In this document: positions 33,261 through 46,100 of the stretch, piece after piece
How positions within the stretch are numbered: the first letter of the stretch is position 1
Layout: the number at the start of each line of letters is the position of its first letter
Assembly (NCBI GenBank): GCA_020137815.1
Contig: CM035357.1
Span: forward strand, 620,001 to 684,000
Direction: 5' to 3'
Origin: Hormiphora californensis
Taxonomy: Eukaryota; Animalia; Ctenophora
DNA: 64,000 nt
Made by a program: the position numbers and the translations under genes
The notes under the pieces: generated by a model
What the model saw: only the letters and a program-made list of their open reading frames with translations
The model's database searches: none
What the model was told of the DNA's origin: nothing

Positions 33261-34217
33261 ATGCCTCAGTTTTTTGTATGGAGGAGTACCCCACAGCAGT
33301 TTCAATCTTCATCACCAACTAAACTGAAGGGTACCACACAACAGTTTCAACCTTTATCATCAACTAAACTGAAGGGTACCCCGCAGCAGTTGCAGCCGGT
33401 GACCCCTCCCAAACTGAAGAGTACCACACAACAGCAGCCTACACCGCCAACTAAACTGAAGAGTACCACACAACAGCAGCCTGCACCACCATCTTTGTTT
33501 TGTTCTAACCCTCCTCCGGGGCGCGTTACTGGGACCGGGTCGAACAAGGCAACACCAACTAAATTGAAACGGAGTGTATCAGCACCGCCTCGTTCTAGAC
33601 TGCCTGCCCGCTCCAGACTACCTCCCCCTACTGCAACAACACACTCAGGTCCACTATCGACCAGAGCAGTACCCTCTAGAACAGCACCATTACAAAGGCC
33701 CAAAATAAAAGACAGTATCGATGCAGGCCGGGAAAGTCTAAGGGAACAATTTGTGAGGACTGAGAAAAAGAGGGAGGTAGACCGGCAAGCATGTGCGGTC
33801 ACGTCAGTTGAAATGTATCTAAGTAAGGTTTCAGACCGTCTCACAGAAGAAAAGGAAAGATTTGAGGAATACTTTAGATCATACATGGAGTTCCACAACG
33901 AGGAGAAGGATCGAATTGAAAGTCTTGAACTGAATGGTGAGCTACTACGGAGGGAAATACGCCAAGAGATCAGGAAGACACGGGGAGATATTGATGAGTT
34001 AGAACAGTCCCTTGAACAGCTGGAAGAGAGGTGTGAGGTGTATGCAACGCTGGAGACCCTCCTCGGAGGGGAGGAATCAGTGGTGGGGCAACTGGTCAGG
34101 GACATGCGGAACATGGAAGAAAATAACTTTGCGCTGTTCGAGGAGGGACAGGAGAAGGAGGTTAAGCTTATTGAGCTGAGACAAAAACTGAGAGATATGA
34201 TGCACAAGTACGTGTAG
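33261..34217 (+). CDS. CFAP100/CCDC37-38-like (DUF4200) coiled-coil protein with Q/P/T-rich N-terminal repeats; single ORF
   Basis: 318-aa ORF. E/K/R-rich heptads; QLVRDMRNMEENNFALFEEGQEKEVKLIEL resembles the CFAP100/CCDC38 'QLL..F..LEEQNL.LIQ..Q..E..L.EL' motif. N-terminus has (PTKLKG/STTQQ) repeats. Confidence 0.6.
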   Translation: MPQFFVWRSTPQQFQSSSPTKLKGTTQQFQPLSSTKLKGTPQQLQPVTPPKLKSTTQQQPTPPTKLKSTTQQQPAPPSLFCSNPPPGRVTGTGSNKATPTKLKRSVSAPPRSRLPARSRLPPPTATTHSGPLSTRAVPSRTAPLQRPKIKDSIDAGRESLREQFVRTEKKREVDRQACAVTSVEMYLSKVSDRLTEEKERFEEYFRSYMEFHNEEKDRIESLELNGELLRREIRQEIRKTRGDIDELEQSLEQLEERCEVYATLETLLGGEESVVGQLVRDMRNMEENNFALFEEGQEKEVKLIELRQKLRDMMHKYV

Positions 34218-34699
34218 ACGTTGTATTACATGGTCTCTTATATAGTCGGTATAAGAAGTGTTTGGGGGCCTTTTACACACTGTTTAATGCTGTTATTATA
34301 GGAACTGTTTAATGCTGTTATTATAGGAACTATGATTTCACGTGAGAGGAAGATAAATAGAGATCTAATAATGGAGAGAGATAGATATGAATAGAGATAG
34401 ATAGATAAACCAGAGATGGAGAGAGAGAGGATTATAGAGACAATGTAATTATAATGTAGAAGGAACTATTGCACATCCTGTTTTCTTATCTTAGACACAT
34501 GAACTTGAAGCTGAATTTCGTTTCACTACTTTCCTCTACTAAATATATTTACAAGGACTACATCTAATGTGCTAATCCTATTGCCCCAAGGCCGGGGGAT
34601 GAGATACATTTAATTTGGAAACAGGTGCAGTGTTGATAATCCAGTTAGATTCCATCCCCATCTCTCTCTAGTGCCCCCCCCCCCCCCGTCTCTATAGTC

Positions 34700-34710
34700 G
34701 ATATAAAAAG
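34700..34710 (+). promoter_or_regulatory. Putative TATA box of the small secreted peptide gene
   Basis: gatataaaaag about 35-45 bp upstream of ATG 34744. Confidence 0.45.
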
Positions 34711-34743
34711 CAGAGTTTCTCGACAGTTTCTTCAAACTCAAAC

Positions 34744-36428
34744 ATGATGATGAAGTGTGCTCTTGTTCTCGCTGCCTGTGTTCTCGGTCTTGCCTACGGT
34801 CGGGGCGACATGGTAAGTTCATTGTATCGTAATGAGACTGTATCAATGAGACTGTGTATCATGCTGATTAGACCCCTCAAAGCACTCTCATTTTCTCCTG
34901 TTACAGCCCATTATTACCTCAATACCAATAATTGTTAACTCTCTGTTAACTCTCTGTTAACTCTCTGTTAACACTCTGTTAACTCTCTAAGTTAACTCTC
35001 TCTGTTAACTCTCTGTTAACTCTCTGTTAACTCTAAGTTAACTCTCTAAGTTAACTCTCTCTGCTAACTCTCTAAGTTAACTCTAAGTTAACTCTCTGTT
35101 AACTCTCTGTTAACTCTCTGTTAACTCTCTGTTAACTCTCTGTTAACTCTCTGTTAACTCTCTGCTAACTCTCTGTTAACTCTCTGTTAACTCTCTAAGC
35201 TAACTCTCTAAGTTAAGTCTCTGTTAACTCTCTGTTAACTCTCTGTTAACTCCCTGTTAACTCTCTGTTAACTCTCTGTTAACAATAGATTGAGCCCATT
35301 GTGGAGGGATACCTGGAGTCACTCACTGTCAGCGGGGGATTCGCCAACCTCTGTTCTGAAGACGTAAGTGATTCTAGCCTCCCCCAGACCCCAAATTCTT
35401 GCCCTAGCTCCAGACCCCAAATTAAAGCCTCCTCAGCTTCTTCTTCAACCTGTCCATGGCGATATCCTGACTTGACAGTGGTGTTCAAATCGTTATGAAA
35501 CCCGATAGTTGATTTATCAGTCGTTTGAAGATTTTGCGCGCTCATGATAACTGCTAGCTGGGGGATTTAACACCCTGCTCGCGATTTATCAGGCCAGTGT
35601 CCTTTTTCACGCGTTTCTCTTCATTTGAATAACATGCGTGTAAAATTCTAATTATTGAAAATGTGTGTAAACACACAGTTCTGTCAACAAAAGAAAGGGG
35701 AAACATGTCTGCAACACGTTTCAATGTTATCTCTCTCATAAGGAGTGAAAAGAATCACATTCCATTCATTTCTCTCTCTCATTGTCTCTTTTACTGTTCA
35801 TTACCTCTGACAGTGTGTATTGCCCCTAATCTTTCTCTCTCTTTCTCAAACATGTTAGGAACAGTAGACACTAAGTCTACACACATTTTCAGGGTATCTG
35901 TTGACTATTTACCAGCAGTTCTAGTGTGTTTCACCTTGTGTTGTGTCTCTTATTTGTGTGTAATTACTATCGGGTTTCATAAAATATGAACGTTTGTTAG
36001 CCTATCGCGTTATAGGTTTAAATCACCTCCCCCTCACCCTCGGCTGGCGCCTCGGGATCGGAGTCGGGATTTAAACCAGTTTAATCGCCCTGCCGGGCGA
36101 TTAAACTCCAGTTGGCTGTCCCCAGCTCGCGCTGGGAACAGCCAACTTCATAACGCGCCAGTCTACAAACGTTCATACTTCATGTATTTGCAGCACAAGA
36201 TAGATTTCTAATCTCTCCTGACTATCTGAGAGCTCATGATCATGAGTCGACTCTTCCCCTTACTCAACAACCCTTATAGGTTATTGAGCTTCTGGAGGTG
36301 CTGGAGGTACCCATTATTATGACCCCCCCCCCCCCCATTTGTTATAGGTTATTGAACTTCTGGAAGTGTTGGAGGTACCCCAAAACAACATGGCACAGTT
36401 TATCTCCGCCCGGTCAGCCTTCTGCTAA
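34744..36428 (+). CDS. Small secreted peptide, 74 aa, 3 exons (34744-34812, 35289-35363, 36348-36428)
   Basis: MMMKCALVLAACVLGLAYG-RGDM | IEPIVEGYLESLTVSGGFANLCSED | VIELLEVLEVPQNNMAQFISARSAFC*. All junctions are phase 0 with gtaag donors and tag acceptors; clear signal peptide. Confidence 0.72.
34933..35284. repeat. 10-bp minisatellite (gttaactctct/ctctgttaac-type)n in intron 1 of the peptide gene
   Basis: About 30 tandem units. Confidence 0.92.
35494..36183 (+). mobile_element. ~690-bp composite MITE, copy A
   Basis: TIR module tatgaaacccgatagt...actatcgggtttcata (35494-35981) abuts a second palindromic module tatgaacgtttgt...acaaacgttcata (35985-36177). The reverse-complement copy is at 39115-39805. 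Confidence 0.88.
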
Positions 36429-37171
36429 AGTGGCTTGATGTGGCTCCTTCTGTTAAAGAAAGGGGTGGCTAATTGGGAGGTGGCTTGATGTGGCTTACCA
36501 ATTACTGCAAGGCAACGTAAACGTTGGAGGGGCTGATCGACGCATTGTGAATTAAGAAAATCAAATGGCATATATCAGTCTATTATTGTCTGTTGTATGA
36601 GAGTTTGTGCCATATCAAAGAAAAAGAGTCCTAGTTTGCGAATCAAAAAGATCAAACAATATTCAGCCACACAATATCTACACATAACATATATTCATGA
36701 ATTGAATTCAACAATGTATTATATGTTTCAAAATTGGGATCGTGCCTTAAACAATAAACGTGTTAAAAGTAACACACAACTCAAAATACAACAATTGTTG
36801 CGTGCGGGGTGTATTACAATCGAGCCTCTTTCAGAAAGAGTCTATCTCATCACCTTGACCTAGGCCCCACTGCAGCAGAACCAAATGCCCAAAGTAACAC
36901 AAAGGGTCGATGCAGTGGTTATCGACTACATATTATGGCATACACTTTGCACCCTCTTATAAATATATGTCGAGGAGAAACAATAAGGCATAAGCACACA
37001 CTCACACACAGCATGGCACTCACACACGTTCCTGGACCGTTTCGGTGTTTCTCTTTCTTCTTGATCGTTTATATTCCTCATAGGTAGACACGTTTTAACA
37101 TTAAACAGTGTGTAACGGTTCACTGAGTTCACTGAGTTCAAATCGAGTTTCTTAGGAATTTAATGTTTCCT

Positions 37172-40100
37172 TCAAATAAAAGTGTATCCTATCAGCAATA
37201 CAATCACCATGGTTATGAAACTCCCCTGATGATAACCTCTCATAGCCCCACTACAGAGAGTGCTAATGTTAACATTATTAGTACACTCTAACGGGGCATA
37301 GGTCTCCGCTCCAAAGGAAACATTATACACATCCGTAGTATTAATAGGTTTCAGCATATCCCCATTACCTCCACTACACACGCAGTCCGGTGAGAGATCT
37401 TGGACCAGGAGGAGGTTGGTCCGGTTGATAGGAGCTGCTAGGAATACTCTGGTACACCCTCCCCTGCAGGGAATCCTAAACTCTCTTGCCTCTGCCTCCC
37501 TGTTCAACTTAAAGACTTGGTAGTCGGAACAGCATCTATGGGTTGGTTCATCTCTAGGTCTCAGTTTGTTGGACCCTAACTGGCTGTGGGTGGAAGAGAG
37601 CGTGAAGAGGGAGTAGAGGGAGGCTAGGATGGATGTAATACGGGCAGAGTTGGAGGATTTAGTTTTGAAGCGGCATGTTTTAAGGCAGTTCTTGAAGGTG
37701 TCGACTGTAAACGCTTTCTCAAAGTTTTTAGTTTTTGTGTTGAAGTATGATTTGAGAAACTCGGCCGTCAGCTGAAAGAATTGAGGGGTTAGTTTCACTG
37801 GTATAGAGGCTACAACAAAACGATGTGCTGTCGCACCGTACCATTGTTGCCATGGTGAAGAAAGGGGGTCTACAGGTGGTGGAATTAAATTTGTACCGAG
37901 AAGGTGCAGAGGTCATATTAGTGACCCCCCCCCCTAGTGACTTTAGTACAAAACTGTAACGTGGGAATTGTATTTGAAAGGCATATTGGGAGAGTAAGAA
38001 AATGATCAATTTACCTCGGGATAGGATATGGACATGTGAGTCCCCACAACAGAGTTTTCAGGTGATTTCCAGGGATTCTCGTACACTATAAACCCCTTAT
38101 CATCCACTAGGAATGACTCGGTCCCACTCCAGTCCACCAGCGAGTTCTTGGGGTTGTCTGAAAGGGGTTGTCTGAAGGAGGTTGTCTGAAAAGGTGTGCG
38201 GACTCTAGTGCTACACTCTAAGTCTACAGTGGACTCTATATCTAAATTTAGATTTAGATAAAGAGTCCAAATAAGTCTAAACTCTAGGAGGACTCTATCT
38301 CTAAAAAGTCTAAACAGGGCGGACTCTTTATCTAAAAAGTCTACAAAGAGCGGACTCTATATCTACATAAATCTAAATTAGACATAGAGTCCGCCATTCT
38401 CAGCGAACTCGAGATTTCGGCCGTTAGGCCGGAAATGAGAGTTTGCTGTACCTCTATACTAATTGAGAAGTGTTAGGGCCATTATTTGGGTTCGAGGTTA
38501 GGGTTAGGGTTATGGTGAGGGTTAGGTTTTGGGTTGGTTTAGGATTTTAGACATAGAGTCCGGGTTGGGGGATTTGGCGCCAAAATGTACTAGAGGACTC
38601 TATATCTAAAAAGTCTACACAGTGCGGACTCTATATCTAAAAAGTCTACACTGGGCGGACTCTTTATCTAATTTTTTTTCAAAGTCTAACTGTAGATAAA
38701 GAGTCCGCTTTTAGATATAGAGTCCGCCTTGAATTTAGATAAAGAGTCCGTTAGCACTAGAGTCCGCCCACCGTCTGAAAAAGGGTTGTGACACCATTTT
38801 GGGGTGGTTAAATGTACTTTCTGAGGCGCCACAGACCTGATAAACGCGTAGAGAACTCATGTGGCGTGAAACAGGCTAACTTTCAGCGAGGCACACTTTT
38901 AATGACGGTAGTTACCTCGAAATATGTCAAAGATGATTTTTAGAGAATTCTCCTCCAGTTCCATACCAACTATAGCCGGACTTGCTGTCGTGTTATCTGT
39001 CAATGATGAGAATACATAATTAGGTTTAATATTAAGGAATTAAAGGACAAACCACGTGACAACTACAGCAAAGACAGACATGAAACACACAAATGAGTAA
39101 GGGTGGACTCAACATATGAGGTATGAACGTTTGTAGACTGGCGCGTTATGAAGTTGGCTGTTCCCAGCGCGAGCTGGGGACAGCCAACTGGAGTTTAATC
39201 GCCCGGCAGGGCGATTAAACTGGTTTAAATCCCGACTCCGATCCCGAGGCGCCAGCCGAGGGTGAGGGGGAGGTGATTTAAACCTATAACGCGATAGGCT
39301 AACAAACGTTCATATTTTATGAAACCCGATAGTAATTACACACAAATAAGAGACACAACACAAGGTGAAACACACTAGAACTGCTGGTAAATAGTCAACA
39401 GATACCCTGAAAATGTGTGTAGACTTAGTGTCTACTGTTCCTAACATGTTTGAGAAAGAGAGAGAAAGATTAGGGGCAATACACACTGTCAGAGGTAATG
39501 AACAGTAAAAGAGACAATGAGAGAGAGAAATGAATGGAATGTGATTCTTTTCACTCCTTATGAGAGAGATAACATTGAAACGTGTTGCAGACATGTTTCC
39601 CCTTTCTTTTGTTGACAGAACTGTGTGTTTACACACATTTTCAATACTTAGAATTTTACACGCATGTTATTCAAATGAAGAGAAACGCGTGAAAAAGGAC
39701 ATTGGCCTGATAAATCGCGAGCAGGGTGTTAAATCCCCCAGCTAGCAGTTATCATGAGCGCGCAAAATCTTCAAACGACTGATAAATCAACTATCGGGTT
39801 TCATAAATATATGTTGTAGGGTAAGATATATGTGGAGCGTCAATGACTAGTTATAGGTACCTGGAGTTTCAACAAAGAGAAACAAGGTTACTTCAGATTG
39901 GACAAATGTTTCGATGGCACTAACACCACCTGGGTACCTGGAGTTTCAATGATTATGTTTCGGGTGACAAACATGGCTCTTCTGCCAGGGTCCACTACTG
40001 AGGGGAGGAGGGGTCCAAAGTTGAAATCTGAGGTTGGATTCTCAACACTTGTTATCAACCTAACGGGCGGTAGGATCTTGAGTTAATGGCTACTCCTGGA

Positions 40101-43100
40101 AGGGTTTATGCTATGTTGTTGCAAAACCGGTTTTAGGGTGAATGCAGGTGATTCGTGAACATTCATTCCTTCCCTGGACACGACCACGCACCAATATTGA
40201 TCCATATGATTTATATCAGGAAAATTAAACACTATGGTGATTGGATTTAATTGAATAATATTATACCGTTCGTTTTTAGTAAACTCCTGATTGTTTCTAT
40301 CACTATCGAGCCATCCAGCATAGTTATAGAGCATTAGTCCAGCTGTGGTGTAGATCATGACCGGGGTAGTTTCCTCCTTCCAGACTAGATAGGTGGGGGA
40401 GTGGACCACTGCGTAGTGCTCTGTTGTCTCGTTCACAACGTACATCTCATATCTGTATCAGAAGATATTGGGTGACTGTTAGGCAGCTATAGAATATAGA
40501 TATAAGTTGCCTTAAGTTCGACCATGATCTCTCTGTTAGAAAATAACAAGTAGAGACGCGGGTTGAAGCCTTCACAATTTGGTGAAATTGACGCCTTCAC
40601 AAACGAGATTGAGCTTACATATTTTTGCGGACACATGCCCATGTGTACTAACCTTATCCGATCCCTACTAAGGGATTTAGAGGTAGTCTGAGCGAACCAC
40701 CCGGTAGCACGTGCACCTGTCTTGAACCTGCTTTCTCCCGACTCTAGGAGTTCCATAACTGTCTTTCGTTCCTTAGGGAGAGAACAATGGCAATTCTTGA
40801 ATTCATGCACTAACACACAATGATATATGTATAGGGAATGTGAAAATTAGTTGAGAAACATTCTAAGCTTTGCAAAGCTTTGCAAAATAAAATTTACAAT
40901 CACAATCTCGCAGTATTTTTTGTCGTTCACTGACAGCTTTTGCCACAAGTTCGTTCATTTCAGGAACCGACCGAAACAAGTAAACAACCAATCAGAACTC
41001 GTTGTTTAGGTCACGTGACTGGTTATCAGCCAATCAGCGACCAGTATTTCCTGATTCGGTCGGTTCTTGGTTCATTTGTCCTTACCTGATTGAGTTCAAG
41101 CTGTAGTGCCTGGAGTTCATGACTGAAGAATGTTGGAACTGCCAGGATTAGGTAGAATGGGAATCCCGAGAGGGGCGTGTAATAGTACTGTATCTGAGTA
41201 AACACCTCTCTTCCTCGCTGAGAAAGATGGGATATTTGTTACTGCGCTGTCTGGCGCCGCAGACCCCATCTGATGTTGCCATGCTACGCAGTCTGTCTGT
41301 TCGGCACTTTAAGCGCCTCGGACAGCTTACGCTCGCCCTCGGACAGCTTACGCTCGCCCTTCGGGCTCGCATAAGCTCACACCGGACCGAAGGCCCGGTG
41401 TGAGAGCTGACAGGCAAGGAACATGCCAAATATGATGGGGGCCTGGTCCCGCCAGTGTAGCGTTCAGTGCAATTATAGCACGTCAATTTATTCGGTATAG
41501 AGGCTACAACAAATGGGCCGATATGAACATGACAGCTGCACCTGAAAGACGTGTTACATCACTCGCATACCTGACTGTTGAGACTAAAATGGTAGAGACA
41601 CCGTGCCTCGATCATCCCCTCTGCTCCACTTATAGCAGCCTGTTCGATATCAGCAGAACTTGTCCCATCTAGTGGGGAGAATAATGGGATCAGATCACAT
41701 GTGTAGTGGGGAGTTAGAAGAGAGGGATCTCATATGGGTAGTAGAACTGGCACACAGGCCGTATAGGACATATTCTAATATCTCTGTTATCATGTAGGAG
41801 TAGGTTCTAGAAGTCTAACACACGAAATATTTTCTGCATGTACTTTCTAACTCATGTCTAACCCATGTCTAACATATATCTAACATATATCTAAAAAATA
41901 TCTAAGTTCTAACCCATGTCTAACACATGTCTAACATATGTCTAACACATGTCTAACACATGTCTAACATATGTGTAACTCACCACCTACCTGTGCACTG
42001 TTCCAGCTCTGCAAATCGGGCCACGTAAGAATAATCAAGGTCAGGGAGGGGTTTTAGTCGGGGGTGGTATACCACATTTCCCCTGTTGTTTACCAGGACC
42101 ACATAGATACCCGCCTAGAGGTGATGGGAGTGGGGTTACATGTCACATAAATGTGATAGGTTAGCTACTAAGTAATTATAGGCTACTTTTTGAGTAAGGG
42201 TTACTCAACAATTCTTGTAAGTGTATAGAAATTACGTGATGGGCGTATAAGTTAGTAGATTAGTAATGGGTTTATGGGAGCTATTCTTTACCACCATCTA
42301 TTAATGGAGGCTTTTATTATTTGGCACTCCCGCCACTTAGGGTTATACGGCTTAAAGTACTAATACTAATGCTATCCCATGCAATGTTGTCACCGTACTA
42401 AAACTACTTATTTGTTGATAATGGCGTTAAAGCCGATCTTCTTTTTTATCTGATCACCCACAAGTCTCAATCATGCCTCGGATACAATGGATCATGTTTA
42501 CAACTCAAAGTTTTGGAAAATACCATGCTTCCCTGCAAGTAGTATACCTTGTCTTGCCTTGCTCGACCCCCTTTCCTTTACAAATGTAAAGGAGGATTAG
42601 AACATACCTTGTCCAGGTTGACCAGATTGTTGAGGATGTTCTCCACCTTCACATCCAGCCCCACCACCCCTGTCTTGTTGTCCTGGTAGAATGTAGCAGC
42701 ACTCACTGACAGGATCATCTGCCTGGGGATACTGATCTTCTCGTCTTCCCACGTGGAGGTCCTGAAACAAATGTTGTTGGAACCGACCGAAACAAGTCAA
42801 CAACCAATCAGAACTCGTTATTTAGGTCACGTGACTGTTTATCAGCCAATCAGGGACCAGTATTTCCTGATTCTGTCGGTTCCTGAAATGTTTTTGGTGT
42901 ACTGATGATACGTGCAGTTGTCTGCTAGGCGCCAACCTGTCCTGAGCGCACTGTTGAGAATCAGAACGGGGTCGCCAGACTGATATACGCAGTGAACATA
43001 CAGCTAAACACGTGGGATATACCATGACAATGATCATGTGTACCTGCTAAGGACGTGAGATGCGAAGGGTTCCTCTACATAAGTGTTACTCCACTTCGGA

Positions 43101-46100
43101 CTGAAGACCTTCCTCCCACTGTTACTATTCTTGTTAACCAGTTTGAAAAACTCAAACGTCTTACTGTTGACATCAGTTAAATCACCGACAGTGAGGAAGT
43201 TGCCCCTGTTACTGCATGCCATCTCCTGGAGTCCTCTCACTGTAGTCCGGGGCTTTCCACACGCAAACGAGAACACCTGGGAGTAGAGAGTAATGGTTTG
43301 GTGACATATATGGACACCTATATTAAACGAGAACACCTGCACAGTGAGAGTATTGCTGGCATATGGACATGGGCGATATCTTGTGGTACTGATATGTAAG
43401 GAGAGTATAACTGGTAAAATCAAGCTCATGGTGTATGATCATGGCTGTCAGTGCACTCGAGAATTGTTGAGTTAGGGGTGGAGAACCCCTTACTCAACAA
43501 CTCGAGAAAGGGTCGAAGTGCGATGATCTATTTGGTGGTACCAGACCCAATATGAGGACTGAGATTCAAAACGGGGTCTGGCGCCGCTATAGGCAGCCGA
43601 TGACATGTATATGGGCTGCTGCTCATATGGTGTTTGCCTGACAGATTTGTGTGTTTTGTAAGGAATGCTAGTTGTCCCTGTAAGCAGTTGTGGTATCCGA
43701 ATATGGCTGAATATTGGTTAAATCTACGGAAATGTCAGAACTCAGAAGCTCATATCAAGATAAATAATCGTGGGTGATAACTTGTAGTTTCTAGTTGTCA
43801 GGCGTCAGCAGCCATATGGAGTCACAGCTTTTAGGGGCTTTTAGCAGGTTAAGGTTTTTTTCTTGCGACCTCTCCGCCACCGTGTCCTTATAGTAGTCTC
43901 ACCGATAATACTAATAGTGTCATCGGGGCCCCTATGTGAAATTACTAACCTCCCAATACCCCTGCTTTCCCCCAGTTCAGAAATAATGTTTTTTACCTGT
44001 ACTGATTGGTTTGGATTCCTTCGCTCAAAGACATCTTTACAGTTCTGAATTGTCCCATCGCTGAACACTATCAGGATTTTCTGGCAGCTGGCTGTTCTGC
44101 CCTCCGCTGAACTGTCATCTGAACCCCGGGAATTAGTAGGAGTTAGGGTTAGTTAGTGGAGAATTAGGGAGTTAGAAGGGAGTTAGGGAATTCACGGTTT
44201 GGTAAAAAATGTTTCATTGTTTCTGCAGTTGGTGGTATATGTGTTTGTTCAGTGTTTTATTAGGGCACGTTCTTGAAAAGCTCTTATGACTTATCAGTTT
44301 TATCTCCGATAGTTTAGCTTGAACTGTCACTGCATCAGTCGAGTAACCAAACACTGTTCGGAAAACAATAAAAACCATGCTGTCTACCTACCGAACATGT
44401 CGAATGCTGCTGAGACTCCGTTCTCGAAGTTAGCCTCGTCGTACGGTACTACACCCTCAATTAGTTTAGTTATCAACCACTTGGTCTTGTCTGTAGCTCT
44501 CTCCAACAACTGTGGGGGTGGTTGTTGTTTGAAATTCCCTTGATAGCAACTGGGTAGGGGTGGGAGAGGGGGCTATAACAGTTGGGACGTTCTCGTCCCC
44601 CGGGCGTTGCTAAGGGAACCAGATTCTAATACAAAGTGTAATTTGCCAACTTGCTTTTGTAATACAGATAAGGATGTACGTTGATAACGAAATTGAGAGG
44701 GTTGCTATGGTAACGGAAACTTGGTAGTTTGTTTCTGTACAGTTGTTTGGTTGCTAATTTTATGTTATTAGGACCTTCTAGAACAAGTGATCAGTATCCT
44801 GACAGGAACATTTTAGATAACTTTGCACGGTTCTATACATCATTACATACAACTACATGGCTACCTAGGTCCTATGTCACATGACCTTATAAAGGCTGCT
44901 GCCGCGGGACCTAAAAGAACTGCTAGCTAGGGAGAGATAAAAAGGAGTCACATTTCACATATATTAATATATCATTTTGCTTGGTAAATCAGCGTACGTG
45001 TTCTTATGTTTGTGTGCCTTAAATTTTATAATTTATACTACAAGTGCTATCATTGGACCAATTATAAACCATACTAATATTCAAGGTGCAAGTTGAGTTA
45101 TATTATAACTTGTAACCATGCTATTATTATATACAGTATGTGATTTTACTATCTAGGAGGGGGCTGCTGTGTTTGTTGTATAATATTCTGTATGGTGTTT
45201 TCTGTATAACTGCTTTTCCACATATAATAACATGTTAACTTCTTAAAAAATAGTTCTTTTTCTTCTTTCAAATATTTTCTTGCAGCTACTTAACTTTAAA
45301 AAACATAAATGGGGTGGTTGAGATACCATAAAGATTATCTCAGCTACCCCATCCTCTCCCCGGTGTGCGGACTCTAGTGCTACACTCTAAGTCTACAGTG
45401 GACTCTATATCTAAATTTAGATTTAGATAAAGAGTCCAAATAAGTCTAAACTCTAGGAGGACTCTATCTCTAAAAAGTCTAAACAGGGCGGACTCTTTAT
45501 CTAAAAAGTCTACAAAGAGCGGACTCTATATCTACATAAATCTAAATTAGACATAGAGTCCGCCATTCTCAGCGAACTCGAGATTTCGGCCGTTAGGCCG
45601 GAAACGAGAGTTTGCTGTACCTCTATACTAATTGAGAAGTGTTAGGGCCATTATTTGGGTTCGAGGTTAGGGTTAGGGTTATGGTTAGGGTTAGGTTTTG
45701 GGTTGGTTTAGGATTTTAGACATAGAGTCCGGGTTGGAGGATTTGGCGCCAAAATGTACCAGGGGACTCTATGTCTAAAAAGTCTACACTGGGCGGACTC
45801 TATATCTAAAAAGTCTACACTGGGCGGACTCTTTATCTAAATTTTTTTCAAAGTCTAACTGTAGATAAAGAGTCCGCTTTTAGATATAGAGTCCGCCTTG
45901 AATTTAGATAAAGAGTCCGTTAGCACTAGAGTCCGCCCACCCCTCTCCCCACGTAGCGCAGAATTGCTCTTGCTCTCTCATATATCAATTTGACATTTAT
46001 TTCGTAACCAACTAACCTTATTATGAGAGAAAAGGACTTAGCGCCATAGTTACCACATAACCGGGTTGGTATAAAGGTTTGCTGAGCGTACCCCATGGTT

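Noticed and set aside
33347-34207. 286-aa antisense ORF
   Set aside because: Ser/Leu-rich shadow of the Glu/Arg-rich sense CDS.
40050-40270. Apparent double +1 frameshift in CACNA2D (CAT-TAA, CGT-TAG) and an Ig-like 'DQYWCVV' stretch in ORF 40083..40445
   Set aside because: Donor CG|gtataa (~40266) joins acceptor cccgttag|G (~40060) in phase, giving NERLITSVENP; the stops and the Ig-like text are intronic.
40728-41086. Phase mismatch suggesting a frameshift between two CACNA2D exons
   Set aside because: Resolved by the pyrimidine-rich acceptor ttctctccctaag|GAA CGA (phase 0).
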